Of a DNA stretch of 32,000 nt, positions 16,243 to 23,566 are shown piece by piece. The position numbers and the translations under genes are program-made. The stretch is from assembly GCA_029781135.1 (NCBI GenBank), contig JAKOXH010000031.1, positions 112,697-144,696 on the forward strand, in the 5' to 3' direction. Position 1 is the first letter of the stretch. Each line of letters opens with the position of its first letter. The DNA comes from Planctomycetota bacterium (GTDB lineage: Bacteria > Planctomycetota > Planctomycetia > Pirellulales > Lacipirellulaceae). Below the pieces are notes generated by a model. The model saw nothing but the letters and a program-made list of their open reading frames with translations, was not told the origin of the DNA and did no database searches.

Positions 16243-16602
16243 CTAGAGTCGTTCTGCCCCAAGGATAAGCGCCAGTTGGTCGCGGAGCGTGGGAACCTTA
16301 TTCACGACGACATCCCAAACGATGTCGTAATCAACGGCAAAGTAGCCGTGAATGAGCCGGTCACGCATGCCTACGACGGTTTGCCAAGGTACTGTCGGGT
16401 GCTTATCCCGAAATGACTGCGGAATCCCCTTGGCCGCATCGCCGAGAATTTCAATACTGCGGACGAAAGCCCGGCGGCGAGTCTCATCGGCGAGAAACTG
16501 TTGCCGGTCGATGCGTTGAGATTCGACGACGAGATACTCCGTTTCGTCGAGCATGTGTTGCGCCAAATCAGTCACCGAGTTCGACATCCTCGACCTCGGC
16601 AA
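16243..16602 (-). CDS. HEPN-domain (HepT/DUF86-like) toxin-type RNase
   Basis: LAQHMLDETEYLVVESQRIDRQQFLADETRRRAFVRSIEILGDAAKGIPQSFRDKHPTVPWQTVVGMRDRLIHGYFAVDYDIVWDVVVNKVPTLRDQL, with the RxxxxH motif in 'RDRLIHGYF'. The start may be the internal ATG at 16587. Confidence 0.9.
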   Translation of the reverse strand: MPRSRMSNSVTDLAQHMLDETEYLVVESQRIDRQQFLADETRRRAFVRSIEILGDAAKGIPQSFRDKHPTVPWQTVVGMRDRLIHGYFAVDYDIVWDVVVNKVPTLRDQLALILGAERL

Positions 16603-16884
16603 GAATTCGTGGGCCGATGTAAGGGCTTAGCGACTCGGTTGTCACAAGTTCCACGCGTCGCTGCAACACGCTTTCCAGCAAATCGGCCAGGGCCATGAAG
16701 TTATCGAACGTCTTTTCACCCGCGCGAAATTCGACCAACAGATCGACGTCGCTATTTGGCTCGCATCGTTTCGCGCGAACGAACCGAATAGCCCGAGCCG
16801 GCGAACGCCGTGGGACCGGATTCGCCTCGGCTCCTGGGCGAGGCGTTGCAGCAAATCGTGTTTTTCGGTGACGGCTGCGACCAT
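16568..16884 (-). pseudogene. MNT-type minimal nucleotidyltransferase (antitoxin), apparent 1-nt frameshift
   Basis: The upstream frame gives MVAAVTEKHDLLQRLAQEPRRIRSHGVRRLGLFGSFARNDA. The downstream frame gives EPNSDVDLLVEFRAGEKTFDNFMALADLLESVLQRRVELVTTESLSPYIGPRILAEVEDVELGD. Joined, they restore the canonical GSFARxxAxPxSDVDLLVEF motif. Confidence 0.88.
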
Positions 16885-16933
16885 ATCTTGATTCTAGCAC
16901 GTAACATCTGGACTTTCACGTCCCGATTCGTAG

Positions 16934-17043
16934 GTCAGGCTTCAGCCTGACCAGTTTTGCAGTGGGATGCTGTATCGTCAGACTAAAGCCTGACCTACGT
17001 TGCGTTACCAATACACGTATCGCAGGAACAGCTCTTGTTCACG
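16934..17043. repeat. Direct repeat, right copy, overlapping the 3' end of the ABC transporter gene
   Basis: See 16120-16229. It includes the last codons ...QELFLRYVYW* of the 17005-20073 gene. Confidence 0.9.
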
Positions 17044-20000
17044 TTCGGGCAGGGCTTCGACGTCGGGGACCAGGTAGCGGTTGTCGTCGAGATCAAGGAG
17101 GATCTTGCCGCGTTCGCCGAAGTCTTGCACCTGGCTTTGGCTCCAGCGCATCGTGAATTGGCGCGGGCCGTGGGCGGTGCGGACGTCGAGCGTCAAGTGC
17201 CCAAGCTCGAGCTTGATCGAATCGACGCCCGTGACGGTTTGTAGCCAGTAGCGGCGGTTGAGGGCCTCGCGCACGAGCACGCGGGCTTCCACGGGCCACT
17301 CGTCGAGGCGCCGCACGATGCCGATTTCGTGCTCGGTGCCGTCGCGGTTCCACACGCGGAGGCTGATGTAGTCGTCCGGGTTGGTGGCCGGGAAGAGGTT
17401 GACGGCGAACACACCACGCCACGTGGTCGAGTCTCTCCGAGACTCGAACGAACTGTTAAAGTCTGGCGGTGATTTGGAATCCGCGTCTCGGAGAGACGCC
17501 GCCACATGCACTTCCATGCCGCCGAGGCGGGCGGTGTGGATACGTGTATCGTTGGGCGTGAGCCAGCGTAGCTGACTTGATTGGTTGATGGCCGACGACT
17601 CGGCCGCCAATTCGTCGGTTGAGCGAGCTTCGCCCTGGAGACGCACGAGGTTCGCGTACTGGCCGCCATGAGCGATCAACAGTTCGTGGGTGCCTTGCTC
17701 GACGAGCCGACCGCGATCGAACACCAGAATGCGATCAGAATCGCGCAAGGTCGATAGCCGATGGGCGATGGCGATGGTGGTTCGCCCGCAAGTGAGGGCC
17801 TTGAGGGCTTGCTGAATCGCCTGCTCACTTTCGGCGTCGATGTTGCTCGTCGCTTCGTCGAGCACCAGGATCGGCGGATCGTACAGAATCGCCCGGGCGA
17901 TCGACATCCGTTGCCGTTCGCCGCCAGAAAGTCCGGCACCGCGTTCGCCCAGCCAGGTATCGTAACCCAGCGGCGAGTTGAGAATGAAATCGTGAGCCTG
18001 GGCAGCCTTGGCCGCCGCGATGGCTTGTTCCGGTGTGCTTTCCGGCATCCCGTACACAAGGTTCTGCCAAATCGTACCGCGGAACAGGAACGGGTCTTGG
18101 AGCACGACGCCGATGTGCCGACGCAGCTGCCCAGAAGGCAGCCGTCGCACATCAATGCCATCGACCAACACGCGGCCTTCGCAGACGTCGTAGAACCGGC
18201 AGAGCAAGTTGACGAGCGTCGTTTTGCCGCTGCCGCTTTTGCCCACGATACCGATCGTCTCGCCGGCGCGAATTTCGAAGTCGATATCGCGCAGCACCGG
18301 CTGATGCCGCTCGTAGCCGAACGTAACGTGGTCGAAACGGATATGACCAAGGGCGGAGGGAGTGGGAGAATGGGAGAGTGGGAGAGTGGGAGAATCAGGT
18401 GAGCGGTCGTTCGAAGGGTCTCCCCCTCTCCCCCTCTCCTTGTCTCCCCCTCTATTCATCGAAGTAATTTCGGGTAAGTTCAGAGGATCGGATGGCTCCA
18501 TCACTTCCACCGGCGTATCGAGCAATTCAAATACACGTTGGCAACCGGTAAGAAAGTTAGTCAGCCACGTGGTGAATTGCGAAAGCGTAGCCAACGGCGT
18601 GTAGAACATCGCCAAGTACGCCAGGAACGCCATCAGCGAGCCGAGAGACATGGTGCCGGCAAGAACATCGCGACCGCCGACATACCAGACGATCAGGCCA
18701 CCCAAACTGAAAATGAGTTGCATTGTCGCGGAAAACGCGGCCGTCGAATAATCAACGTGCATGCGACAGGCACGCAGGTAATCGCTAATTTTGTTGAACC
18801 GGGCGAACTCGCGGTCCTCCTGGGCAAAGGCCTTCACGACGCGAATGCCGGAAAGCATGCCGGTGAGCATGCCAGCTTGTTTGGCGCTGGAATCCCAGTA
18901 GCGATAGTGCTTGGGATGGACGTGCTTCCAAAAGAACCAACTGCCGGCGATCACAAGCGGCGCTGGAATTAGCGTGAACAGCGCAAGTTTCGGGTTGAGC
19001 GTCGTGAGCATAATGCCCACAGCTGTCACCTGAACGATTTGTAGCAAGAAACCGCCCGTAATTTGGTGCAACAGGCTTTGAATGACTTCGCTGTCGTACG
19101 CCACGCGACTGGTGATCGAGCCGACTTGATGGCGGTCGTAATAGCCGAGACCCAGCATGTGGAGTTTTTCCACGAGCTTGGCGCGTAGATCGAAGGTAAG
19201 CGCCACGCCGACGCGAGTCGCCATCCGGCCTTTGGCAAAGTTGACCGCACTCAACACGAGCCGAGCGGCGGCGAGCGACGACACGACCACGAACAGGCCG
19301 AAGAACAGGCCGGGGGTGTCGGGCGAGCGTTGACCACTCTTGAGAATGTGATCGACCAGGTATTGCTGCAACTTGGGTGGCGTGAGTTCGGCGGCCACGG
19401 CCAAACACATGAGGCCGCACATCACGAAAGCAGTGACACGATACGGCCACAACATTTGCACGAGCCGAGCAAGGATGGCCTTGCGGGGAATACAGCGCGG
19501 ACAAGCTTCATTCGGCACGGGCAAGCGCTGTCCGCACTTTTCGCAGTGTGTTTTCTTGGGAGTCGCGTCTTCCTGAAACTCGACCTTGCCGTCAGTGCGC
19601 AGGTCTTCCAGGTACTTAGCCAGGCGACTGAAGCGATCGGCCTCAGTATTGGGAAAGCGGGCCAGGTCGACCCAATAGTCGTCGACGTAGGCTTGAAGGA
19701 AGCCGGAGCCAACCGCGTTTTGCGTGCGGAACTCGCGGACCTGGGAAACGGGCACATGCACAACGACGCTTGGCGCCGCAGCGCCGTTTGGTTCACCAGA
19801 TGGCGAGAGGGGGAGAGGGGGAGAGGGGGAGGATCTTGAGTGGAGCGTTTTCGACGGAATCTCCCCCTCTCCCCCTCTCCCATTCTCCCGCTCTTTGGCT
19901 GCCTCGCCCTCTTTGATCGCGGCCACATTTTCGCGCGTGGCCACGATCCAGTTCCGCTCTGGCTCGCCAGACAGCGAGAGCTCGCTGCTGGCACAGAGCA

Positions 20001-20073
20001 GCACGGGCACGCCGTTGAGACCACGACGGTCCAGTTCTTCATGAACATCCACCGGCAATTCTTCAGTAAACAT
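17005..20073 (-). CDS. ABC transporter (TMD-NBD) with N-terminal extension and C-terminal DUF1854-like domain
   Basis: ABC_membrane region 'LVEKLHMLGLGYYDRHQVGSITSRVAYDSE', Walker A GKSGSGKTTLVNLL, signature LSGGERQRMSIARAILYDPPILVLDEATS. C-terminus FAVNLFPATNPDDYISLRVWNRDGTEHEIGIVRRLDEWPVEAR...ERGKILLDLDDNRYLVPDVEAL. Confidence 0.92.
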   Translation of the reverse strand: MFTEELPVDVHEELDRRGLNGVPVLLCASSELSLSGEPERNWIVATRENVAAIKEGEAAKERENGRGGEGEIPSKTLHSRSSPSPPLPLSPSGEPNGAAAPSVVVHVPVSQVREFRTQNAVGSGFLQAYVDDYWVDLARFPNTEADRFSRLAKYLEDLRTDGKVEFQEDATPKKTHCEKCGQRLPVPNEACPRCIPRKAILARLVQMLWPYRVTAFVMCGLMCLAVAAELTPPKLQQYLVDHILKSGQRSPDTPGLFFGLFVVVSSLAAARLVLSAVNFAKGRMATRVGVALTFDLRAKLVEKLHMLGLGYYDRHQVGSITSRVAYDSEVIQSLLHQITGGFLLQIVQVTAVGIMLTTLNPKLALFTLIPAPLVIAGSWFFWKHVHPKHYRYWDSSAKQAGMLTGMLSGIRVVKAFAQEDREFARFNKISDYLRACRMHVDYSTAAFSATMQLIFSLGGLIVWYVGGRDVLAGTMSLGSLMAFLAYLAMFYTPLATLSQFTTWLTNFLTGCQRVFELLDTPVEVMEPSDPLNLPEITSMNRGGDKERGRGGDPSNDRSPDSPTLPLSHSPTPSALGHIRFDHVTFGYERHQPVLRDIDFEIRAGETIGIVGKSGSGKTTLVNLLCRFYDVCEGRVLVDGIDVRRLPSGQLRRHIGVVLQDPFLFRGTIWQNLVYGMPESTPEQAIAAAKAAQAHDFILNSPLGYDTWLGERGAGLSGGERQRMSIARAILYDPPILVLDEATSNIDAESEQAIQQALKALTCGRTTIAIAHRLSTLRDSDRILVFDRGRLVEQGTHELLIAHGGQYANLVRLQGEARSTDELAAESSAINQSSQLRWLTPNDTRIHTARLGGMEVHVAASLRDADSKSPPDFNSSFESRRDSTTWRGVFAVNLFPATNPDDYISLRVWNRDGTEHEIGIVRRLDEWPVEARVLVREALNRRYWLQTVTGVDSIKLELGHLTLDVRTAHGPRQFTMRWSQSQVQDFGERGKILLDLDDNRYLVPDVEALPEREQELFLRYVYW
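17431..17497. repeat. In-frame inverted repeat in the DUF1854-like domain
   Basis: GTCTCTCCGAGAC (17431-17443) and GTCTCGGAGAGAC (17485-17497) are exact reverse complements, spanning the protein segment SLRDADSKSPPDFNSSFESRRDS. Confidence 0.85.
18355..18452. repeat. In-frame inverted octad-repeat element between TMD and NBD
   Basis: G-rich arm GAGGGAGTGGGAGAATGGGAGAGTGGGAGAGTGGGAGAA and C-rich arm TCTCCCCCTCTCCCCCTCTCCTTGTCTCCCCCTC. Protein segment RGGDKERGRGGDPSNDRSPDSPTLPLSHSPTPS. Confidence 0.88.
19804..19893. repeat. In-frame inverted octad-repeat element in the N-terminal region
   Basis: GAGAGGGGGAGAGGGGGAGAGGGGGAG ... CTCCCCCTCTCCCCCTCTCCCATTCTCCCGCTC. Protein segment KERENGRGGEGEIPSKTLHSRSSPSPPLPLSPS. 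Confidence 0.88.
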
Positions 20074-20512
20074 GGCTATCCGTGAGGCAAATCAATGCGA
20101 GTAATAAGGGAAGAACCGAGCGGCTCCCCGGCAACAACGTGTTGTTGCCGCGCGGCCCGGTGCCCAGAAAGTAAGTACGCCGCACTAAGCTAGCGAACGG
20201 CGGTTATCGCCTGTGAAGGTGCGATTCATAGCAAACTGGCCCGCATGCGAAAAGGGCAGTGATGCCAGCAGCAAATAACGCCATTACATCGGATGGGGCC
20301 CTTCAAGAACGCAGTGGTGGCGAGCTTGTTGGGAGTACCTGGATTAGCCCCCGCTGCTCGCTACAAGCCGTGGCAATTATTTCAGTCCGTACAACATGGA
20401 CAATATGCCGCGGAGAAAAATTTTTCTAAAATCTCTTGGGGCGGCATGGCTAGTCGTCGCCACCGAGTTCGCAACCCGCGAATGTGTCCGAGAACTTGTG
20501 GAATTGAAATTG

Positions 20513-21310
20513 ATGAATTCGCTTCGAGCTGTTCTTGCCACTTTCTTAGTTCTTCTGCCGCAAGCAGTTGTTTCCGGTACAGAACCCGTGCTTCGCGACA
20601 GCGAGGGCGGCATCGTCCGCGGCGATTTGAAAACGAAGTCGCTTGCTCTGGCTTTCACCGGCGACGAACAAGGCGAAAGCACCGCACCCATTCTGGATGT
20701 GCTCAAGCAGCGGAAACTCCGCGCGTCGCTGTTTGTAACGGGGAACTTTCTGCGGCAGCCCGCCTTGCGGCCGTTACTAAAGCGCGCTCTTGCCGAAGGG
20801 CACTACGTCGGGCCGCACTCCGACCGGCATTTGCTTTACGCGGCGTGGGAAGATCGCGGTAAATCACTGGTGACGCGCGATGCGTTTACATCGGATCTTC
20901 GCCAGAACATTTGTGATCTGCACGCAATTGGCGCGTTGCGCGGTAACGGCCCGATTTACTTCATTCCGCCCTATGAGCAGTTCAACCGCGAACAGGTGGC
21001 TTGGGCGCGGGAATTAGGCGTGACGCTAATCAACTTCACGCCGGGCAGCGGTTCAAATCGCGATTATGCTCCGGAAGGCGATGCCCACTTTGTCACCTCG
21101 CAGCGAATCTATGACGACATCCTCACGTATGAACAGCGCGACCCGCACGGGCTGAACGGGTTCATCCTCCTGCTGCATCTGGGTTCAGGTCGGAAAGACC
21201 CGTTTCACCCGCGGCTTGGCCCGCTGTGTGATGAACTCACAAAGCGGGGCTACACGTTCTTACGCGTCGATGAACTGCTGCCCATGCCCACCCCGCAGAC
21301 TCCGAAATGA
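20513..21310 (+). CDS. Polysaccharide deacetylase (NodB-like) family protein, secreted
   Basis: LKTKSLALAFTGDEQGESTAPILDVLKQRKLRASLFVTGNFLRQPALRPLLKRALAEGHYVGPHSDRHLLYAAW, and YFIPPYEQFNREQVAWARELGVTLINFTPGSGSNRDYA. The start could be 20396; 20513 gives a cleaner signal peptide. Confidence 0.85.
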   Translation: MNSLRAVLATFLVLLPQAVVSGTEPVLRDSEGGIVRGDLKTKSLALAFTGDEQGESTAPILDVLKQRKLRASLFVTGNFLRQPALRPLLKRALAEGHYVGPHSDRHLLYAAWEDRGKSLVTRDAFTSDLRQNICDLHAIGALRGNGPIYFIPPYEQFNREQVAWARELGVTLINFTPGSGSNRDYAPEGDAHFVTSQRIYDDILTYEQRDPHGLNGFILLLHLGSGRKDPFHPRLGPLCDELTKRGYTFLRVDELLPMPTPQTPK

Positions 21311-21328
21311 CCTGCCGTGGGGGAAGTT

Positions 21329-22105
21329 CTACTTTTTCGCGTGGGCAGCGGCGGGCACCTTTGGCACACTTGGGAGTGCCGGTGCCGTGCCCGGCGCTTT
21401 GGCTGAAGTTTCTGTGAGTAGGAAGATCTCGACGCAATCATTTTCGTTCTGCATCGACGCTTCGAGGTCCGTCGTCAAGGGGTCATTCGCGCCCGATTGG
21501 CTTAAGCGGACACGTTCCGGCTCAATCTTGTTGCGGAGCAGGAAGTTCATCACTTCTACGCTGCGCGCGTAGCATAATTTCCAATGATCGCCATTGTAAG
21601 GGCCGTTAGTAGCCAGCGGTCGGCGCGTCGAATGGGCGCGCAGCTCGATCCGGTTTTGTTTGCCTTGGATCGCGGGCAACAGGTCGCTCAATCGTTGCTT
21701 GGCGACCTTGTCTAACTCCGCGGAGCCATTCGCGAATTGCACTACCAACGCGGGTACGCTGCGATCGTTGCTGTTAATGATGTACACCTTCTGGCGTTGC
21801 TGCCAAACCGAAGCGGCCCCAGCTTCTTTTTCGGTAGCATTTTCCTGGTTGGATTGTGGCCAGCGGTTTGGCAACATGCCATTCGAAGCGTCTCCGAACG
21901 GAGCACTTCCACTGATGCCCGAGGGCGACATCATCGTGGGCGTGGAGCTTTCTTGCGTGGTGCCCCAAGGATCCTGAAAGTAGCCGCCGATGGCTTCCTT
22001 GACTTCCTCGCTTTGCGCGGTGAGCCACATGACCATGAAGAAGGCCATCATCGCCGTGACGAAGTCCGCATAGGCCACTTTCCATGCACCGCCGCTGCCA
22101 GCCAT
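21329..22105 (-). CDS. motB: Flagellar motor protein MotB (OmpA family)
   Basis: GGAWKVAYADFVTAMMAFFMVMWLTAQ, then OmpA-like 'FANGSAELDKVAKQRLSDLLPAIQGKQNRIELRAHS' and 'YARSVEVMNFLL...IEPERVRLSQSG'. Confidence 0.93.
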   Translation of the reverse strand: MAGSGGAWKVAYADFVTAMMAFFMVMWLTAQSEEVKEAIGGYFQDPWGTTQESSTPTMMSPSGISGSAPFGDASNGMLPNRWPQSNQENATEKEAGAASVWQQRQKVYIINSNDRSVPALVVQFANGSAELDKVAKQRLSDLLPAIQGKQNRIELRAHSTRRPLATNGPYNGDHWKLCYARSVEVMNFLLRNKIEPERVRLSQSGANDPLTTDLEASMQNENDCVEIFLLTETSAKAPGTAPALPSVPKVPAAAHAKK

Positions 22106-22170
22106 TGCTTGCCTCTGTTCGCTTCACTGAAGGTTGAAATCTATCTGCTCCGTTAGCCCGTTCTCGATGC

Positions 22171-22256
22171 GAGACAAGGAGACAAGGAGAGGGGGAGACA
22201 AGAAGATCGCGATTCACACTTGTCTCCTTGTGTCCTTGTCTCCTTGTCTTCCTCTC
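22171..22256. repeat. Inverted octad-repeat element between motA and motB
   Basis: GAGACAAGGAGACAAGGAGAGGGGGAGACAAG ... CTTGTCTCCTTGTGTCCTTGTCTCCTTGTCTTCCTCTC. The second arm runs into the motA stop codon (22255-22257). Confidence 0.88.
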
Positions 22257-23115
22257 ACGCTGCTTCCGCTTCCTTAAACCAGGCATCCAGCTCTTCGCGT
22301 TCCGGGCGGAACTCCGTCGACACGCTGCGGCGTGCCATTTCGATCGCCACTTTGGGGGGCAAGTTGTTGGCAAAGCCGACAATGGCCGACGCAATTACCT
22401 TGAAGAACGCCCCTTCCTGTAAACCCATGTTATGCAAGCGCACTGAAAGCGGGGCCGCGAAACCGTACGACAACAAAATCCCCAAAAACGTACCTACCAG
22501 GGCCGCCCCCACTTTGTGACCAATCTCGGCCGGTGGGCCATCGATGTGCGCCATCGTGATCACGATGCCCAGCACGGCTGCCACAATCCCAAACCCGGGC
22601 AACGCATCGGCCACCGATTGCAGAGCGTGCGACGGCGCATGGTGCTCGTCTTCCATGATCCGCAGTTCGATTTCCATCAGGTCGGCGATCTGTTCGGGCT
22701 TTACCGTGGCGTCGACCAGCGGCCCCATGCCGCCACAAATGAAGTGCAGCAGATGGTGGTCGTGCGCGACCTTCGGATACTTGTTGAAAATGGTGCTGTC
22801 GTGAGCTTTCGAAAGGTGTGGTTCCAGGGCGAGCATGCCGTCGCGGCGGGCGAGCCGCAGCAAGTCGTAAAGGCATTTGAACGACGCTTCATACGCCGCT
22901 TTGTTGTAGGGTGATCCTTTCAGTGCGCCGATGAGGCCCTTGACCATGTCGATCAAGACCTTCTTGGGCGTGGCGACGATCATCCCGCCCAACGCCGCGC
23001 CACCGATCGTCACGAACTCAGAAGGGTGAATGAGCGCGCCGATCTGCCCGCCGGCCATCATGAAGCCGCCGAGTACCGAGCCAATGACAACAAGAATACC
23101 AACGATTACAAGCAT
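22255..23115 (-). CDS. motA: Flagellar motor stator protein MotA
   Basis: MLVIVGILVVIGSVLGGFMMAGGQIGALIHPSEFVTIGGAALGGMIVATP...GIVAAVLGIVITMAHIDGPPAEIGHKVGAALVGTFLGILLSYGF. Confidence 0.95.
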   Translation of the reverse strand: MLVIVGILVVIGSVLGGFMMAGGQIGALIHPSEFVTIGGAALGGMIVATPKKVLIDMVKGLIGALKGSPYNKAAYEASFKCLYDLLRLARRDGMLALEPHLSKAHDSTIFNKYPKVAHDHHLLHFICGGMGPLVDATVKPEQIADLMEIELRIMEDEHHAPSHALQSVADALPGFGIVAAVLGIVITMAHIDGPPAEIGHKVGAALVGTFLGILLSYGFAAPLSVRLHNMGLQEGAFFKVIASAIVGFANNLPPKVAIEMARRSVSTEFRPEREELDAWFKEAEAA

Positions 23116-23395
23116 GGGTCAGCCGATCTATGGTGCCTACAGGGACGCAGCGAGCGCTTTGCATCCGACGCCAAGCCAGCACAACGTGTAGTGCTGGCGC
23201 GGTGGCACGTGGATGCCTGAGCAAACATAGCTTGGGGAAAGCGCAAAAACGTGGCAAAAAACCGCGATTTGTACGGCCTTCATGGATCGTTTACACGGCC
23301 TCGCGGCATGTGGTGGCACCGCTATAATCGGCCCGTAGAGAACGCAAATCCGCTAGAATCGGCCTGACAAGGAAACGAAGGGAAGCTGGAAAGAC

Positions 23396-23486
23396 TTGTG
23401 GGAGAGGTCTCCGACCCCGATGGGACGCCGTGCTTCAATCCGTTCTCGAAGTTGGCGCGAAATCGGCGTCGGAGACGCCTCCCACA
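23396..23486. repeat. Second copy of the 'GTGGGAGGCGTCTCCGACGCCGAT' inverted repeat
   Basis: TTGTGGGAGAGGTCTCCGACCCCGATG on one side and AATCGGCGTCGGAGACGCCTCCCACA on the other, between motA and the RND gene. Confidence 0.8.
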
Positions 23487-23566
23487 CAGCTCCCACACAG
23501 CTCCGCCAATTTGAAAAAGTGATCGGCCCTGGTGGGCCATTGGTAGGCACCCAGCAATTCCCACAA

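Noticed and set aside
18355-19893. The in-frame arrays as evidence that the ABC transporter gene is a pseudogene
   Set aside because: The frame stays open and Walker A, signature and Walker B motifs are all intact on both sides of the insertions.
21774-22394. 206-aa minus-strand ORF spanning motA-motB
   Set aside because: It overlaps both motA and motB in another frame and reads through the octad repeat element. Shadow ORF.
23176-23197. CCAGCACAACGTGTAGTGCTGG hairpin upstream of motA
   Set aside because: It has only a 7-bp stem with no second copy in the window, too weak to interpret in such GC-rich sequence.
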